NCBI GenBank assembly: GCA_017436285.1
Contig: JAFSDL010000013.1
Span: 8,096-72,095 of the forward strand
Reading direction: 5' to 3'
DNA length: 64,000 bases
From: Clostridia bacterium
GTDB taxonomy: Bacteria; Bacillota; Clostridia; Oscillospirales; Acutalibacteraceae
The translations under genes were made by a program, and so were the position numbers. The notes below the pieces were generated by a model, which did no database searches, was not told the origin of the DNA, and worked only from the letters and a program-made list of their open reading frames with translations. Below, piece after piece: positions 19,016-28,443 of this stretch (its first letter is position 1; every line of letters begins with the position of its first letter).

Positions 19016-20237
19016 GCTTCTTTCAAATACCATTTATCTATATATACTAACATTCGTAAAGATGTTATTTCCTTTAATAACACTGCCGTATTTAACCCGA
19101 ATGTTAAGTATTGATATGTATGGTAGTGTTGCGTATATAAAAGCATATATGTCATATGTGCAATTAGTGTTGGATTTTGGTTTTTTGCTGTCAGCAACAA
19201 AGGATATAGCACTTGCAAAAAATAACGATAAATTAAAAGTAGAATATATTCTGGGCGATACTCTTGTAGAGAAAATAATTCTGTTTTTAATATCCGCGGT
19301 TATTACTTTGATAGTATCGTTTTGTATTCCTATATTAAAAGCAAATTTAATGTTTCTTTGGTTGTATTTTATTGCAATAGGTATCACGATATTCCTTCCG
19401 GACTTTTTATACCGTGGAATAGAAAAGATGGAATGTATTGCCATTCCCTATACAGTATCAAAAGCAGTATCAATAGTTTTAACCTTGATATTGATTAAAA
19501 GTGATGCGGACGTTTTATTGATTCCGATATTTGAAATTATAAGCAATATTATTGCTGTTTTAATTTCCTTGGTATTACTTAAGCGTTTGAATATAGGCAT
19601 CCGATTCAGTAAAATAAAGAATTGGTTTCACGATTTAAAAGTTTCCGCTGTGTATTTTATATCTAACTTTTCAACCACAGTATTCGGGGCATTGACAACT
19701 TTGGTTGTTGGTATTTTGTTAGAAGAGAAAGATGTTGCATATTGGGGCGTGTGTATGCAGGTGGTTTCAGCAGCAAAGTCTTTGTATGCACCTATATCTA
19801 ACAGTATATATCCTCATATGGTCACAAACAAAAACTTGAAATTGGTTTCAAATATACGAAACCTAATGACGATACCATTACTTATAGGAAGTGCACTGGT
19901 TGTTTTTTGGGGCGAGCCTATAATGGTTATTATAGGTGGAGAAGAATATGCTTATGCAGGCTATATTCTTAAACTTCTGCTTCCGGTATTGCTGGCGAGT
20001 TTTTATTCAATGTTGTATGGTTGGCCGGTTTTAGGAGCGGTTGGCAAAGAAAAACAGACAACATTGTCAACTGTAATAGCGGCAATTCTTCAAATTGTGA
20101 GCATATTAGTTATATTTGCACTGGGCAAATTCAATCTTGTTTCTCTTGCAATATGCTGTGGCATATCAGAACTAACATTGTTGATTATCAGGTATTCGAT
20201 ATTTATAAAAAATAAAAGGTTGTTTTATTCAAAATAG
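19005..20237 (+). CDS. wzx: Oligosaccharide flippase (Wzx, MOP superfamily)
   Basis: The N-terminus is KNKLLSNTIYLYILTFVKMLFPLITLPYLTRMLSIDMYG, followed by about 12 TM helices. SD GAGGAG at 18995-19000 precedes the ATG at 19005, which overlaps the end of the upstream gene. Confidence 0.8.
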   Translation: MKNKLLSNTIYLYILTFVKMLFPLITLPYLTRMLSIDMYGSVAYIKAYMSYVQLVLDFGFLLSATKDIALAKNNDKLKVEYILGDTLVEKIILFLISAVITLIVSFCIPILKANLMFLWLYFIAIGITIFLPDFLYRGIEKMECIAIPYTVSKAVSIVLTLILIKSDADVLLIPIFEIISNIIAVLISLVLLKRLNIGIRFSKIKNWFHDLKVSAVYFISNFSTTVFGALTTLVVGILLEEKDVAYWGVCMQVVSAAKSLYAPISNSIYPHMVTNKNLKLVSNIRNLMTIPLLIGSALVVFWGEPIMVIIGGEEYAYAGYILKLLLPVLLASFYSMLYGWPVLGAVGKEKQTTLSTVIAAILQIVSILVIFALGKFNLVSLAICCGISELTLLIIRYSIFIKNKRLFYSK

Positions 20238-20249
20238 GAGTTAACATAG

Positions 20250-21404
20250 ATGACAGTATACGAAGCCCTGTTTTATTGCATAAGAAGTGAAATGGGCAGC
20301 TTAAAAGAAGAACTTAATGTGCAGTTATCATATGAGAATTTTGAAAAATTATATAAATTGGCAGAGCATCATGATTTGTCACACATAGTAGGTAACGCCC
20401 TGATAAAAAGTGAAGGCTTGTCGCATGACACTGATTTATATAAAAAATTGCAAAAGAAAATTATGTTGGCGTACTATAGATTTGAAAAGCTCAATTATGA
20501 TTTTCAGCAGGTAACAAGCACTTTAGAAAAAGAGCAAATAAGGTTTATTCCGTTGAAAGGTGCGGTTTTAAGAGACCTATATCCCGAAAAGTGGTTTAGA
20601 ACCAGTTGTGATGTTGATATTCTGATTGAAAAGTGCAACTTGGAAAAAGCAACGGAATGTCTGATTAAAGCAGGATTAAAAAAAGGTGAAGAAAGTCCAC
20701 ATGATATAACATTTTGGACCCCATCGGGAAGTAATATAGAAATTCACTACAGTCTCATTGAAGATGAAAAAGTAAATAATATAGATGTTATTCTGAATCA
20801 GGTATGGGAAAGAACAGCTCTTCATAGTGGTTACTCCTATTGGTATGATATGAGCGACGAAATGTTTTATTTTTATCATATCGCTCATATGGCAAAGCAT
20901 GTGTTGTTTGGCGGTTGCGGAATAAAGTCGTTCATAGATCTTTGGTTGTTAGATAATATGGAAGGTGTGGAATCAGCCAAACGAACCGAACTTCTTGCGC
21001 AAGGAAATCTTTTGAATTTCACTCGGATAGCGCAGAAACTGAGTAGTGTCTGGTTGGAAAATTCAGAAGCTGATTCTAAAACCGAACAATTAGAAGAATA
21101 TATTTTGCGTGGTGGAGTTTACGGAACTGATGAGAATCGTATCAGTATTCAACAACAAAAGCAAGGCGGACGGATTAAATACACTATCTCTAAACTCTTT
21201 CTACCGTATGAACAGCTTAAATATCAGTATCCGATTTTAAAAAAGCATCGTTGGTTAACACCCATTGTTGAGATTGTGAGATGGGTAGGCTTAATTTTTG
21301 GCGGAAAAGCAAAACAAAATATGAGGCAATTAAAATCCGCACAGAATGTTTCTGTGAAAGAAAATATCAATCCGGAAGATTTTTTGAAAAACATAGGATT
21401 ATAA
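20250..21404 (+). CDS. Uncharacterised nucleotidyltransferase family protein (NTP_transf_5-like)
   Basis: The pattern PLKGAVLRDLYPEKWFRTSCDVDILI...GSNIEIHYSL matches the 'uncharacterised nucleotidyltransferase' family. SD AGGAG lies upstream. Confidence 0.7.
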   Translation: MTVYEALFYCIRSEMGSLKEELNVQLSYENFEKLYKLAEHHDLSHIVGNALIKSEGLSHDTDLYKKLQKKIMLAYYRFEKLNYDFQQVTSTLEKEQIRFIPLKGAVLRDLYPEKWFRTSCDVDILIEKCNLEKATECLIKAGLKKGEESPHDITFWTPSGSNIEIHYSLIEDEKVNNIDVILNQVWERTALHSGYSYWYDMSDEMFYFYHIAHMAKHVLFGGCGIKSFIDLWLLDNMEGVESAKRTELLAQGNLLNFTRIAQKLSSVWLENSEADSKTEQLEEYILRGGVYGTDENRISIQQQKQGGRIKYTISKLFLPYEQLKYQYPILKKHRWLTPIVEIVRWVGLIFGGKAKQNMRQLKSAQNVSVKENINPEDFLKNIGL

Positions 21405-21419
21405 AATGGAGGAATAAAA

Positions 21420-22466
21420 ATGTCATTATTTACAGGAAAAACCCTTATGATTACCGGTGGTACGGGTTCATTCGGTAATGCGGTTCTTAACAGATTTTTG
21501 CAGACCGATATTGGCGAAATCCGTGTGCTTTCCCGAGATGAGAAAAAGCAGGATGATATGCGTCACGAATTTCAGGCAAAGATGCCTGAGGTTGCTGAAA
21601 AAATAAAATTCTTTATTGGTGATGTTCGCGATTTAGCATCTGTTAAAAATGCGATGCACGGTGTTGATTATATTTTCCACGCAGCTGCACTCAAGCAGGT
21701 TCCCTCTTGCGAGTTCTTCCCCATTGAAGCAGTTAAAACTAATGTAATCGGCACAGAAAATGTGCTTACTGCTGCTATTGATGCAGGTGTTAAGACCTGT
21801 ATATGCCTTTCAACTGACAAGGCTGCTTACCCTGTAAATGCTATGGGTACCTCAAAGGCTATGATGGAAAAGGTTATTGTTGCAAAAAGCAGAACTGTAA
21901 ATGAGGAAAAAACAAAAATCTGTTGCACTCGTTATGGCAATGTTATGTGCTCAAGAGGCTCGGTTATTCCCCTCTGGATTGAGCAGATTAAGCAGGGGAA
22001 GCCTATCACCATTACTGAGCCTACAATGACAAGATTTATTATGTCTCTTGATGAAGCGGTTGACCTTGTTCTTTTTGCTTTCGAAAATGGTGTAACAGGA
22101 GATATTCTTGTTCAGAAAGCACCTGCTTGCACAATTGAAACTCTTGCAAAAGCAGTAACAGAGCTTTTCAATCCCGAAACTGAAATTAAAGTTATCGGTA
22201 TTCGCCACGGTGAAAAAATGTATGAAACTCTTCTTACAAATGAAGAGTGTGCCAATGCTATTGATATGGGCGATTTCTACCGTGTTCCCAGTGATAAACG
22301 TGGGCTTAATTACGATAAATACTTTAAAGAAGGCGACACAGAACGCGCAAAGCTCAGTGAATTCAATTCAAATAACACAGAGCTTCTTAATGTGGAAGAG
22401 GTGAAAGAAAAGCTTCTTTCACTTCAATATATCAGAGATGAGCTTGCAGCTTGGGAGAATAAATAA
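21420..22466 (+). CDS. fnlA: UDP-N-acetylglucosamine 4,6-dehydratase/5-epimerase (FnlA/CapE type)
   Basis: It has TGGTGSFGNAVLNRFL, AALKQVPSCEF and STDKAAYPVNAMGTSKAM motifs. At 348 aa it is followed directly by FnlB-type and FnlC-type genes. Confidence 0.9.
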   Translation: MSLFTGKTLMITGGTGSFGNAVLNRFLQTDIGEIRVLSRDEKKQDDMRHEFQAKMPEVAEKIKFFIGDVRDLASVKNAMHGVDYIFHAAALKQVPSCEFFPIEAVKTNVIGTENVLTAAIDAGVKTCICLSTDKAAYPVNAMGTSKAMMEKVIVAKSRTVNEEKTKICCTRYGNVMCSRGSVIPLWIEQIKQGKPITITEPTMTRFIMSLDEAVDLVLFAFENGVTGDILVQKAPACTIETLAKAVTELFNPETEIKVIGIRHGEKMYETLLTNEECANAIDMGDFYRVPSDKRGLNYDKYFKEGDTERAKLSEFNSNNTELLNVEEVKEKLLSLQYIRDELAAWENK

Positions 22467-23666
22467 ATGAAAATTCTTGTTACAGGTGCAAAGGGCTTTG
22501 TTGGTAAAAATCTTTGTGCCGCACTTAAAAATGTTCAGGAGGGCAAGGACAAAACAAGAGGAATTGACAGTAATATCGAGATTTTTGAATTCGATATTGA
22601 TACTGATAAGGCTCTTCTTGATACATATTGCAGGGAAGCAGATTTTGTTTTTAACCTTGCAGGCGTAAACCGTCCTCAGAATCAGGAAGAATTTATGGAA
22701 GGTAATTTCGGCTTTGCAAGCACTCTTCTTGATACCCTTAAAAAATATAACAATACTTGCCCTGTTATGCTTTCAAGCTCTCTTCAGGCAACACTTATCG
22801 GCAGATATGCCGAGGGTGACTACGGTAAGAGCAAAAAAGCAGGGGAGGATTTATTCTTTAAATATTCAGAAGAAACAGGCGCAAAGGTATATGTTTACCG
22901 CTTCCCCAACCTTTTCGGTAAGTGGTGCAGACCTAACTACAATAGTGCAGTAGCAACCTTCTGCAATAATATTGCTAACGATTTACCTATTCAGGTCAAT
23001 GACAGAGCAATTGAGCTCACACTTCTTTATATTGATGACCTTGTTGATGAAATGTTTGCAATTTTAAGAGGTATGCCCCATCGTTGTGAATTTGACGGTC
23101 TCAATGAGGTTGCAAAGGCAGAGGGTAAATTCTGTTATTGTCCCATAACTCATAAGGTGACCTTGGGTGAAATTGTTGATTTGCTCAATTCTTTCAAAAA
23201 TCAACCCTCAACATTGTTGATGCCCGAAATTCCTTATAATTCATTTGCCAAGAAGCTTTATTCAACATATCTTTCATATCTTCCCAAGGAAAAAGCTTCT
23301 TTCCCCTTGAAAATGAATGTGGACCCCAGAGGCAGTTTTACAGAGCTTTTAAAAACCGAAAAATGCGGTCAGGTCAGCGTTAATATTTCTAAACCTGGAA
23401 TTACAAAGGGTCAGCATTGGCATAACACTAAATGGGAATTCTTTATTGTTGTTTCAGGTAAAGGTCTTATTCAGCAGAGAAAGATTGGTACTGACGAGAT
23501 TCTCAACTTTGAAGTAAGTGGTGAAAAGATTGAAGCAATTCATATGCTTCCCGGCTACACTCACAACATAATTAATCTTTCCGATACAGAGGATTTGGTT
23601 ACTGTTATGTGGGCAAATGAGCAGTTTGACCCGGACAAGCCCGACACATTCTTTGAGGTGGTATAA
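22467..23666 (+). CDS. fnlB: Bifunctional reductase/epimerase for UDP-L-FucNAc synthesis (FnlB/CapF type: SDR domain plus C-terminal cupin)
   Basis: An N-terminal Rossmann motif (VTGAKGFVGKNL) is combined with a C-terminal cupin-like segment (DPRGSFTELLK...GITKGQHWHNTKWEFFIVVSGKG). It lies between fnlA and fnlC. Confidence 0.85.
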   Translation: MKILVTGAKGFVGKNLCAALKNVQEGKDKTRGIDSNIEIFEFDIDTDKALLDTYCREADFVFNLAGVNRPQNQEEFMEGNFGFASTLLDTLKKYNNTCPVMLSSSLQATLIGRYAEGDYGKSKKAGEDLFFKYSEETGAKVYVYRFPNLFGKWCRPNYNSAVATFCNNIANDLPIQVNDRAIELTLLYIDDLVDEMFAILRGMPHRCEFDGLNEVAKAEGKFCYCPITHKVTLGEIVDLLNSFKNQPSTLLMPEIPYNSFAKKLYSTYLSYLPKEKASFPLKMNVDPRGSFTELLKTEKCGQVSVNISKPGITKGQHWHNTKWEFFIVVSGKGLIQQRKIGTDEILNFEVSGEKIEAIHMLPGYTHNIINLSDTEDLVTVMWANEQFDPDKPDTFFEVV

Positions 23667-23805
23667 GTTTGGCTAAAATTGCCCACAGCACAGCCTTTTG
23701 CTCGGGGCAGTATCTCATACAGCACCACTCACAAAAAACTGTACTGTGAACAATTTTCTCTCAAACTTATATAGTATCTTTCAACACACACGAAAGGATT
23801 ACAAA

Positions 23806-24990
23806 ATGGATATTAAATTAGACTATTCAGATATTTCTTTTAAAAATAATGGCAAATTAAAGCTTCTTATAATTGTGGGAACTCGTCCTGAAATTATAAG
23901 ACTTGCGGCAGTTATAAATAAATGCCGTAAATATTTCGACTGTGTTCTTGCCCACACAGGACAGAACTATGACTATAACCTTAATGGCGTTTTCTTCAAG
24001 GATTTAAAATTAGAAAATCCCGAGGTTTATATGGATGCAGTAGGTGATGACCTCGGTGCAACAGTTGGTAATATTATCAATTGCTCATATAAGCTTATGA
24101 ATCAGATTAAGCCTGATGCGCTTCTTATTCTTGGCGACACAAACTCCTGCCTTTCTGCAATTGCAGCAAAGAGACTTCATATACCGATTTTCCATATGGA
24201 AGCAGGTAATCGTTGCAAGGATGAGTGCCTTCCTGAAGAGACCAACAGAAGAATTGTTGATATTATTTCCGATGTGAACCTTGCATATAGTGAGCACGCA
24301 AGACGATATCTTCACGAATGTGGTTTGCCTAAGGAAAGAACCTATGTAACAGGCTCACCTATGGCAGAGGTTCTGCACGAAAACCTTGCAGATATTGAAA
24401 AATCAGATATTCTCAGCAAATTAGGTCTTGAAAAGAAAAAATATATTCTCCTCTCTGCTCACAGAGAAGAGAATATTGATACAGAAAAGAATTTCTTATC
24501 CCTTTTCAATGCAATTAATAAAATTGCAGAAAAATATGATATGCCCATTCTTTATTCCTGCCATCCTCGTTCAAAGAAAAGGCTTGAGGAAAGCGGATTC
24601 CAGCTTGATAAGAGAGTTATTCGTCACGAGCCTCTCGGCTTCCACGATTATAACAATCTTCAGATGAATGCTTTTGCAGTGGTTTCCGATAGCGGTACTC
24701 TTCCTGAGGAATCAAGCTTCTTTACATCTGTTGGCAAGCCCTTCCCTGCAGTTTGCATCAGAACAAGCACAGAGCGTCCCGAAGCTCTTGATAAGGCTTG
24801 CTTCGTTCTTGCAGGTATTGATGAAAAGTCACTTGTTCAGGCAGTTGAAACTGCAGTAGATATGAACGAAAATGGCGATTTCGGTATTCCTGTCCCTACT
24901 TATGTAGAGGAAAATGTTTCAACAAAGGTTGTTAAGCTTATTCAAAGCTATACCGGAGTCGTAAACAAAATGGTCTGGAGAAAGTTTTAA
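23806..24990 (+). CDS. fnlC: UDP-2-acetamido-2,6-dideoxy-L-talose 2-epimerase (FnlC/CapG, WecB family)
   Basis: It has VGTRPEIIRLAAV, GDTNSCLS, SAHREENID and SDSGTLPEE motifs. I chose the ATG at 23806 (AAAGGA upstream) over the 23698 start. Confidence 0.9.
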   Translation: MDIKLDYSDISFKNNGKLKLLIIVGTRPEIIRLAAVINKCRKYFDCVLAHTGQNYDYNLNGVFFKDLKLENPEVYMDAVGDDLGATVGNIINCSYKLMNQIKPDALLILGDTNSCLSAIAAKRLHIPIFHMEAGNRCKDECLPEETNRRIVDIISDVNLAYSEHARRYLHECGLPKERTYVTGSPMAEVLHENLADIEKSDILSKLGLEKKKYILLSAHREENIDTEKNFLSLFNAINKIAEKYDMPILYSCHPRSKKRLEESGFQLDKRVIRHEPLGFHDYNNLQMNAFAVVSDSGTLPEESSFFTSVGKPFPAVCIRTSTERPEALDKACFVLAGIDEKSLVQAVETAVDMNENGDFGIPVPTYVEENVSTKVVKLIQSYTGVVNKMVWRKF

Positions 24991-25014
24991 AATACAAAGC
25001 GTCTGTGTTAATTC

Positions 25015-25058
25015 AAAATGCCCCCAATTGTGCGAACAGAACAATTGGGGGCATTTCA
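25015..25058. terminator. Bidirectional terminator at the convergence point of the two polysaccharide operons
   Basis: A 14-bp perfect inverted repeat, ATGCCCCCAATTGT (25018-25031) and ACAATTGGGGGCAT (25041-25054), is flanked by A and T runs. Confidence 0.8.
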
Positions 25059-25188
25059 TTAATTCTACCATATGAGGTCTCTTTTTTATATTGTTTATTT
25101 CAACGGAGTTGTTCATACTTGAAAATCAGCTTTTTATTTTTAATCGTTTTTCATATAGTGATTGCAAGTGTGACCAATAATCAGCTCA

Positions 25189-25872
25189 TCAGCAACGTTC
25201 GTGCTTCCAATTAACATTTTCTTTAACGATTACAGCAGGAACACCGGCAATAGTACAATTACTTCTTTCAATACTTTTGGTAACAATCGCTCCGGTTCCT
25301 ACTATTGTATTATCTGGAATATTAACGCCCTTTGTAATAATTGCTCGGTTACCTATCCAAACGTGGTTTCCGATAACAATATCCTTAGAAAAATTCAAAC
25401 GATTTCCTATGGAATCTATAATTGCGTGAGAATCTCCCGTGCGGAAAATAATTTCAGAAGAAAACAAGCAATCTTCTCCGATTATGATTTTTGTCCCTTC
25501 AATACACGCCAAATGAATTTTTCCTGCCAATGAAGAATTTTTACCAAGCTCGATATAATTATCGTTGTCTTCTGTAACCAAATCTGCGAATTTAGCATAA
25601 GACTTTGCTTTGAAAATAATTTTATTGTTGTTTCCTTTAATTGTTATGGTGCAGTTTTTTAAAATTGCGCCCTCTTCAACGATTACAGAATTGTTTTTTC
25701 CGTAGAAAGTAATATTGCTTTTCTTTACAATACCCATCAGGCAGATGTTATTCCCTTTTTTGTTGCGTATAAAATTATTGAAGGGCAGGTGGTTGAAAAG
25801 AAAGGTTATTAAATATAATACCCTAGGATGATTACCTAAAAGCTTTTTAATTTTTTTCATTATTCTGTTCAT
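25189..25872 (-). CDS. Hexapeptide-repeat (LbH) O-acetyltransferase
   Basis: It has left-handed beta-helix repeats (IGNHVWIGNRAIITKGVNIPDNTIVGTGAIVTKS) and an N-terminal hydrophobic segment. Confidence 0.85.
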   Translation of the reverse strand: MNRIMKKIKKLLGNHPRVLYLITFLFNHLPFNNFIRNKKGNNICLMGIVKKSNITFYGKNNSVIVEEGAILKNCTITIKGNNNKIIFKAKSYAKFADLVTEDNDNYIELGKNSSLAGKIHLACIEGTKIIIGEDCLFSSEIIFRTGDSHAIIDSIGNRLNFSKDIVIGNHVWIGNRAIITKGVNIPDNTIVGTGAIVTKSIERSNCTIAGVPAVIVKENVNWKHERC

Positions 25873-27139
25873 TTTGTTTTCCTCGTATCATCTGATTGTA
25901 TGCATCGTACAAAGATGGCGCTATTTTTTCTTTAGAAAATTTATATTTAATGGTGTATGCAGAATTTTTGCTTAAAGCTTTTGCGGTTTCATCGTCAGAA
26001 AATATTTTGTCTATATAATATACCAGCGAATCTATATCATCATATCTGTATAGGAAAGCATTTTTGTTGTGTTCTGCAAATTCAAGAACACCACCCACTA
26101 CGGCGCTAATTGATGGACAACCTACAAGCATAGCTTCTCGAAGGGATGAGGAATGTGTTTCAACGCAGGATGGCATAACAAAAGCATTGGAACGCCTCAT
26201 TCTGTCTGCCATTTCGGCTGGAGTTAATTTTCCTGTAAAAACAATGTTGTTTTCGAGACCACATTTCACAATAATCTTATTAATGTGACGTATGAAAATT
26301 GTATCATATAGAAAATGAGGGGTTTTTGATGAAACATTACCTGGGATATATAGCTTTATATCAGGATAAAGCTTTTTTAATTTTGCTACGGCATATACAA
26401 CATTATGTATGCCTTTTATAGGAGAAGCCCCACCGGCAACGGTAAACAGAGAGTGCCGTTCGATTTGTGAAAAATCCCACTCTTTATTGTAAAAATCATT
26501 GCCAATTGCTAACGGTGAATAGAAGAATTTATTTGTTTCTTCGGCGAATTGCGCTTTGGTCCACTCATTATCAAGGATAACACCATCTGCTTTTCTTATA
26601 AGCTCGGATTCAAATTTGCTGTGGTTGCTGTTGCTTTTTATTTCCTTAAGCATAGCTCTGAATTTTGGTGTTGATAAAATACCTGTGTGGCGATATAGCT
26701 TAAGTAGTGGAATGTCTCCTGCAGGATGCTGAGCTAAGACTTTTGTTACACCCTGTATGTAAATGCATACGGGTATTTGCTTGTCAGTGCTTTCGATAAT
26801 ATCTATTCCGTAGGTGAATTCACTGCCCCATAGCATTATAATATCAGGCGAAATCTCATTGATGAGTTTTTTCCATTTTAATTTATCGGAAGCATTTCCC
26901 ATTTTACCACGATGCTTTTCTACGGCTATGAGGTGATATCCGACATTGGTTTCTTCGTCGCGAATACTTTTATTGCAATTACCGATGGCAACAATATCCA
27001 AAGATAGTTTGCCGTCATCAATAAGTGGCTTGAGTTGGTTGTATGTTGCATCTATCCAACCACCACTTTGAACGGTTTGATTATAAAACAGCTTAGCCGC
27101 ATTACCGATCGCAGCCATAGTAATCCACATAACCTTCAT
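25847..27139 (-). CDS. Glycosyltransferase family 4
   Basis: It has a GT-B C-domain with VMPSCVETHSSSLREAMLVGCPSIS. SD AGGAGG precedes the ATG at 27139 (MKVMWIT), so the 27175 start is rejected. Confidence 0.85.
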   Translation of the reverse strand: MKVMWITMAAIGNAAKLFYNQTVQSGGWIDATYNQLKPLIDDGKLSLDIVAIGNCNKSIRDEETNVGYHLIAVEKHRGKMGNASDKLKWKKLINEISPDIIMLWGSEFTYGIDIIESTDKQIPVCIYIQGVTKVLAQHPAGDIPLLKLYRHTGILSTPKFRAMLKEIKSNSNHSKFESELIRKADGVILDNEWTKAQFAEETNKFFYSPLAIGNDFYNKEWDFSQIERHSLFTVAGGASPIKGIHNVVYAVAKLKKLYPDIKLYIPGNVSSKTPHFLYDTIFIRHINKIIVKCGLENNIVFTGKLTPAEMADRMRRSNAFVMPSCVETHSSSLREAMLVGCPSISAVVGGVLEFAEHNKNAFLYRYDDIDSLVYYIDKIFSDDETAKALSKNSAYTIKYKFSKEKIAPSLYDAYNQMIRGKQNEQNNEKN

Positions 27140-27171
27140 ATAATCAGACCTCCTTAATATAAAGCTATTCT

Positions 27172-28389
27172 TCAAGTGGTATAGTATTCTAAAAATGATT
27201 CACTAAGGTATATCATCAAAATTATAGGCAGCATTTGAAGGGTGTAAAAGGTTGGGTTTAAAACAGCTCCAATAACAAACACAATAAAAATGACTTGGGT
27301 GCACTTTTTACTGTCTTTCAAAACAACGCTTCTGCGCAGAGAAATGTATAGGGCACGCAAATAAAAAGCTATTAAACTGAAGCCGACAATTCCGAAATTG
27401 CCCAATATATCAAATACCTCGCTATGTCCACCGATTTTTACGTCAGGATGTGTCAATCCGCCTAATATAGGATAATTTGTGAAAGCGTTTATTGATGTTA
27501 ACATTTTTGCCATACGGCCGTCTGTACCGCCATAGGTACCGGTTGCTTCAAGGTTACGGATCATGTAGCCAAATTCGTAGAATTTGGATCCAACAGTTTC
27601 AGAATATGATATATTAAACGATATCTTCATAAGGAAATCGCCTAATTGTTCATGAAAAATTATTAATGTGATTATTAATAATGTACTGATATATGAAAGC
27701 GCTTTGTTTTTACGGCCTATATACAGGCAAAGTGCTAAGATGAGAAGGATAATTGCTGTAACATATGACGCCATTATGATGAATACAGCTGCCAAAGCAA
27801 TGACAAGTGTTATAACAAATTTTACTTTGGGTGTAGAAAGTTTGTTTCGTATATATAACAGGATAATAATCACAAAAATTGCGCCGTTTACTGCATCAAA
27901 GCTTCCTACTGCGTGTAGAATATCATAAGGGCTTGCCTCTAATACGGAAGTAGCAGCAGCAATTCTGCTGGCGTTGGGGTCGAAGAATAAAACTATTATG
28001 GAGTAGATGTAGTTGAAAATTGATGTACCTAAAATAATAAGCATTAAATTTTTTCTGGTGGTGAGCGTTTGTTGCTTGCTCCAAATATAAATTAAAGACA
28101 TAAAGGCAATAACATATATTTTGTATATTTGTGTATCAAAAACAGAACCGCCTGATATAAAAATCTGTAACAAAACATAAACAATATAAAGCGTTAAGCA
28201 TATGATCATATATGTATCAGAAGTTGATATACCGGAGGTTGTAAAAAGGAATAAAATGGCAAAAGCAAGACCGTATATAAAAACAAAACCCATATTCATA
28301 AACGGAATATTACTGAGAGCCGGACAACTTAGTCTGGCTACAATTAAGTAAGCCAAAAATGTTAAAAAAGATAATCTGGTTTTTGCCAT
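27172..28389 (-). CDS. O-antigen ligase/polymerase-like (second Wzy-like) polytopic membrane protein
   Basis: It has about 10 TM helices with one larger loop (ATGTYGGTDGRMAKM) and sits inside the glycosyltransferase operon. Confidence 0.65.
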   Translation of the reverse strand: MAKTRLSFLTFLAYLIVARLSCPALSNIPFMNMGFVFIYGLAFAILFLFTTSGISTSDTYMIICLTLYIVYVLLQIFISGGSVFDTQIYKIYVIAFMSLIYIWSKQQTLTTRKNLMLIILGTSIFNYIYSIIVLFFDPNASRIAAATSVLEASPYDILHAVGSFDAVNGAIFVIIILLYIRNKLSTPKVKFVITLVIALAAVFIIMASYVTAIILLILALCLYIGRKNKALSYISTLLIITLIIFHEQLGDFLMKISFNISYSETVGSKFYEFGYMIRNLEATGTYGGTDGRMAKMLTSINAFTNYPILGGLTHPDVKIGGHSEVFDILGNFGIVGFSLIAFYLRALYISLRRSVVLKDSKKCTQVIFIVFVIGAVLNPTFYTLQMLPIILMIYLSESFLEYYTT

Positions 28390-28443
28390 AATAAAAACTC
28401 CTGAATAAAGAATATAAAACAGGAAGTGCCGTAGATTATTATT

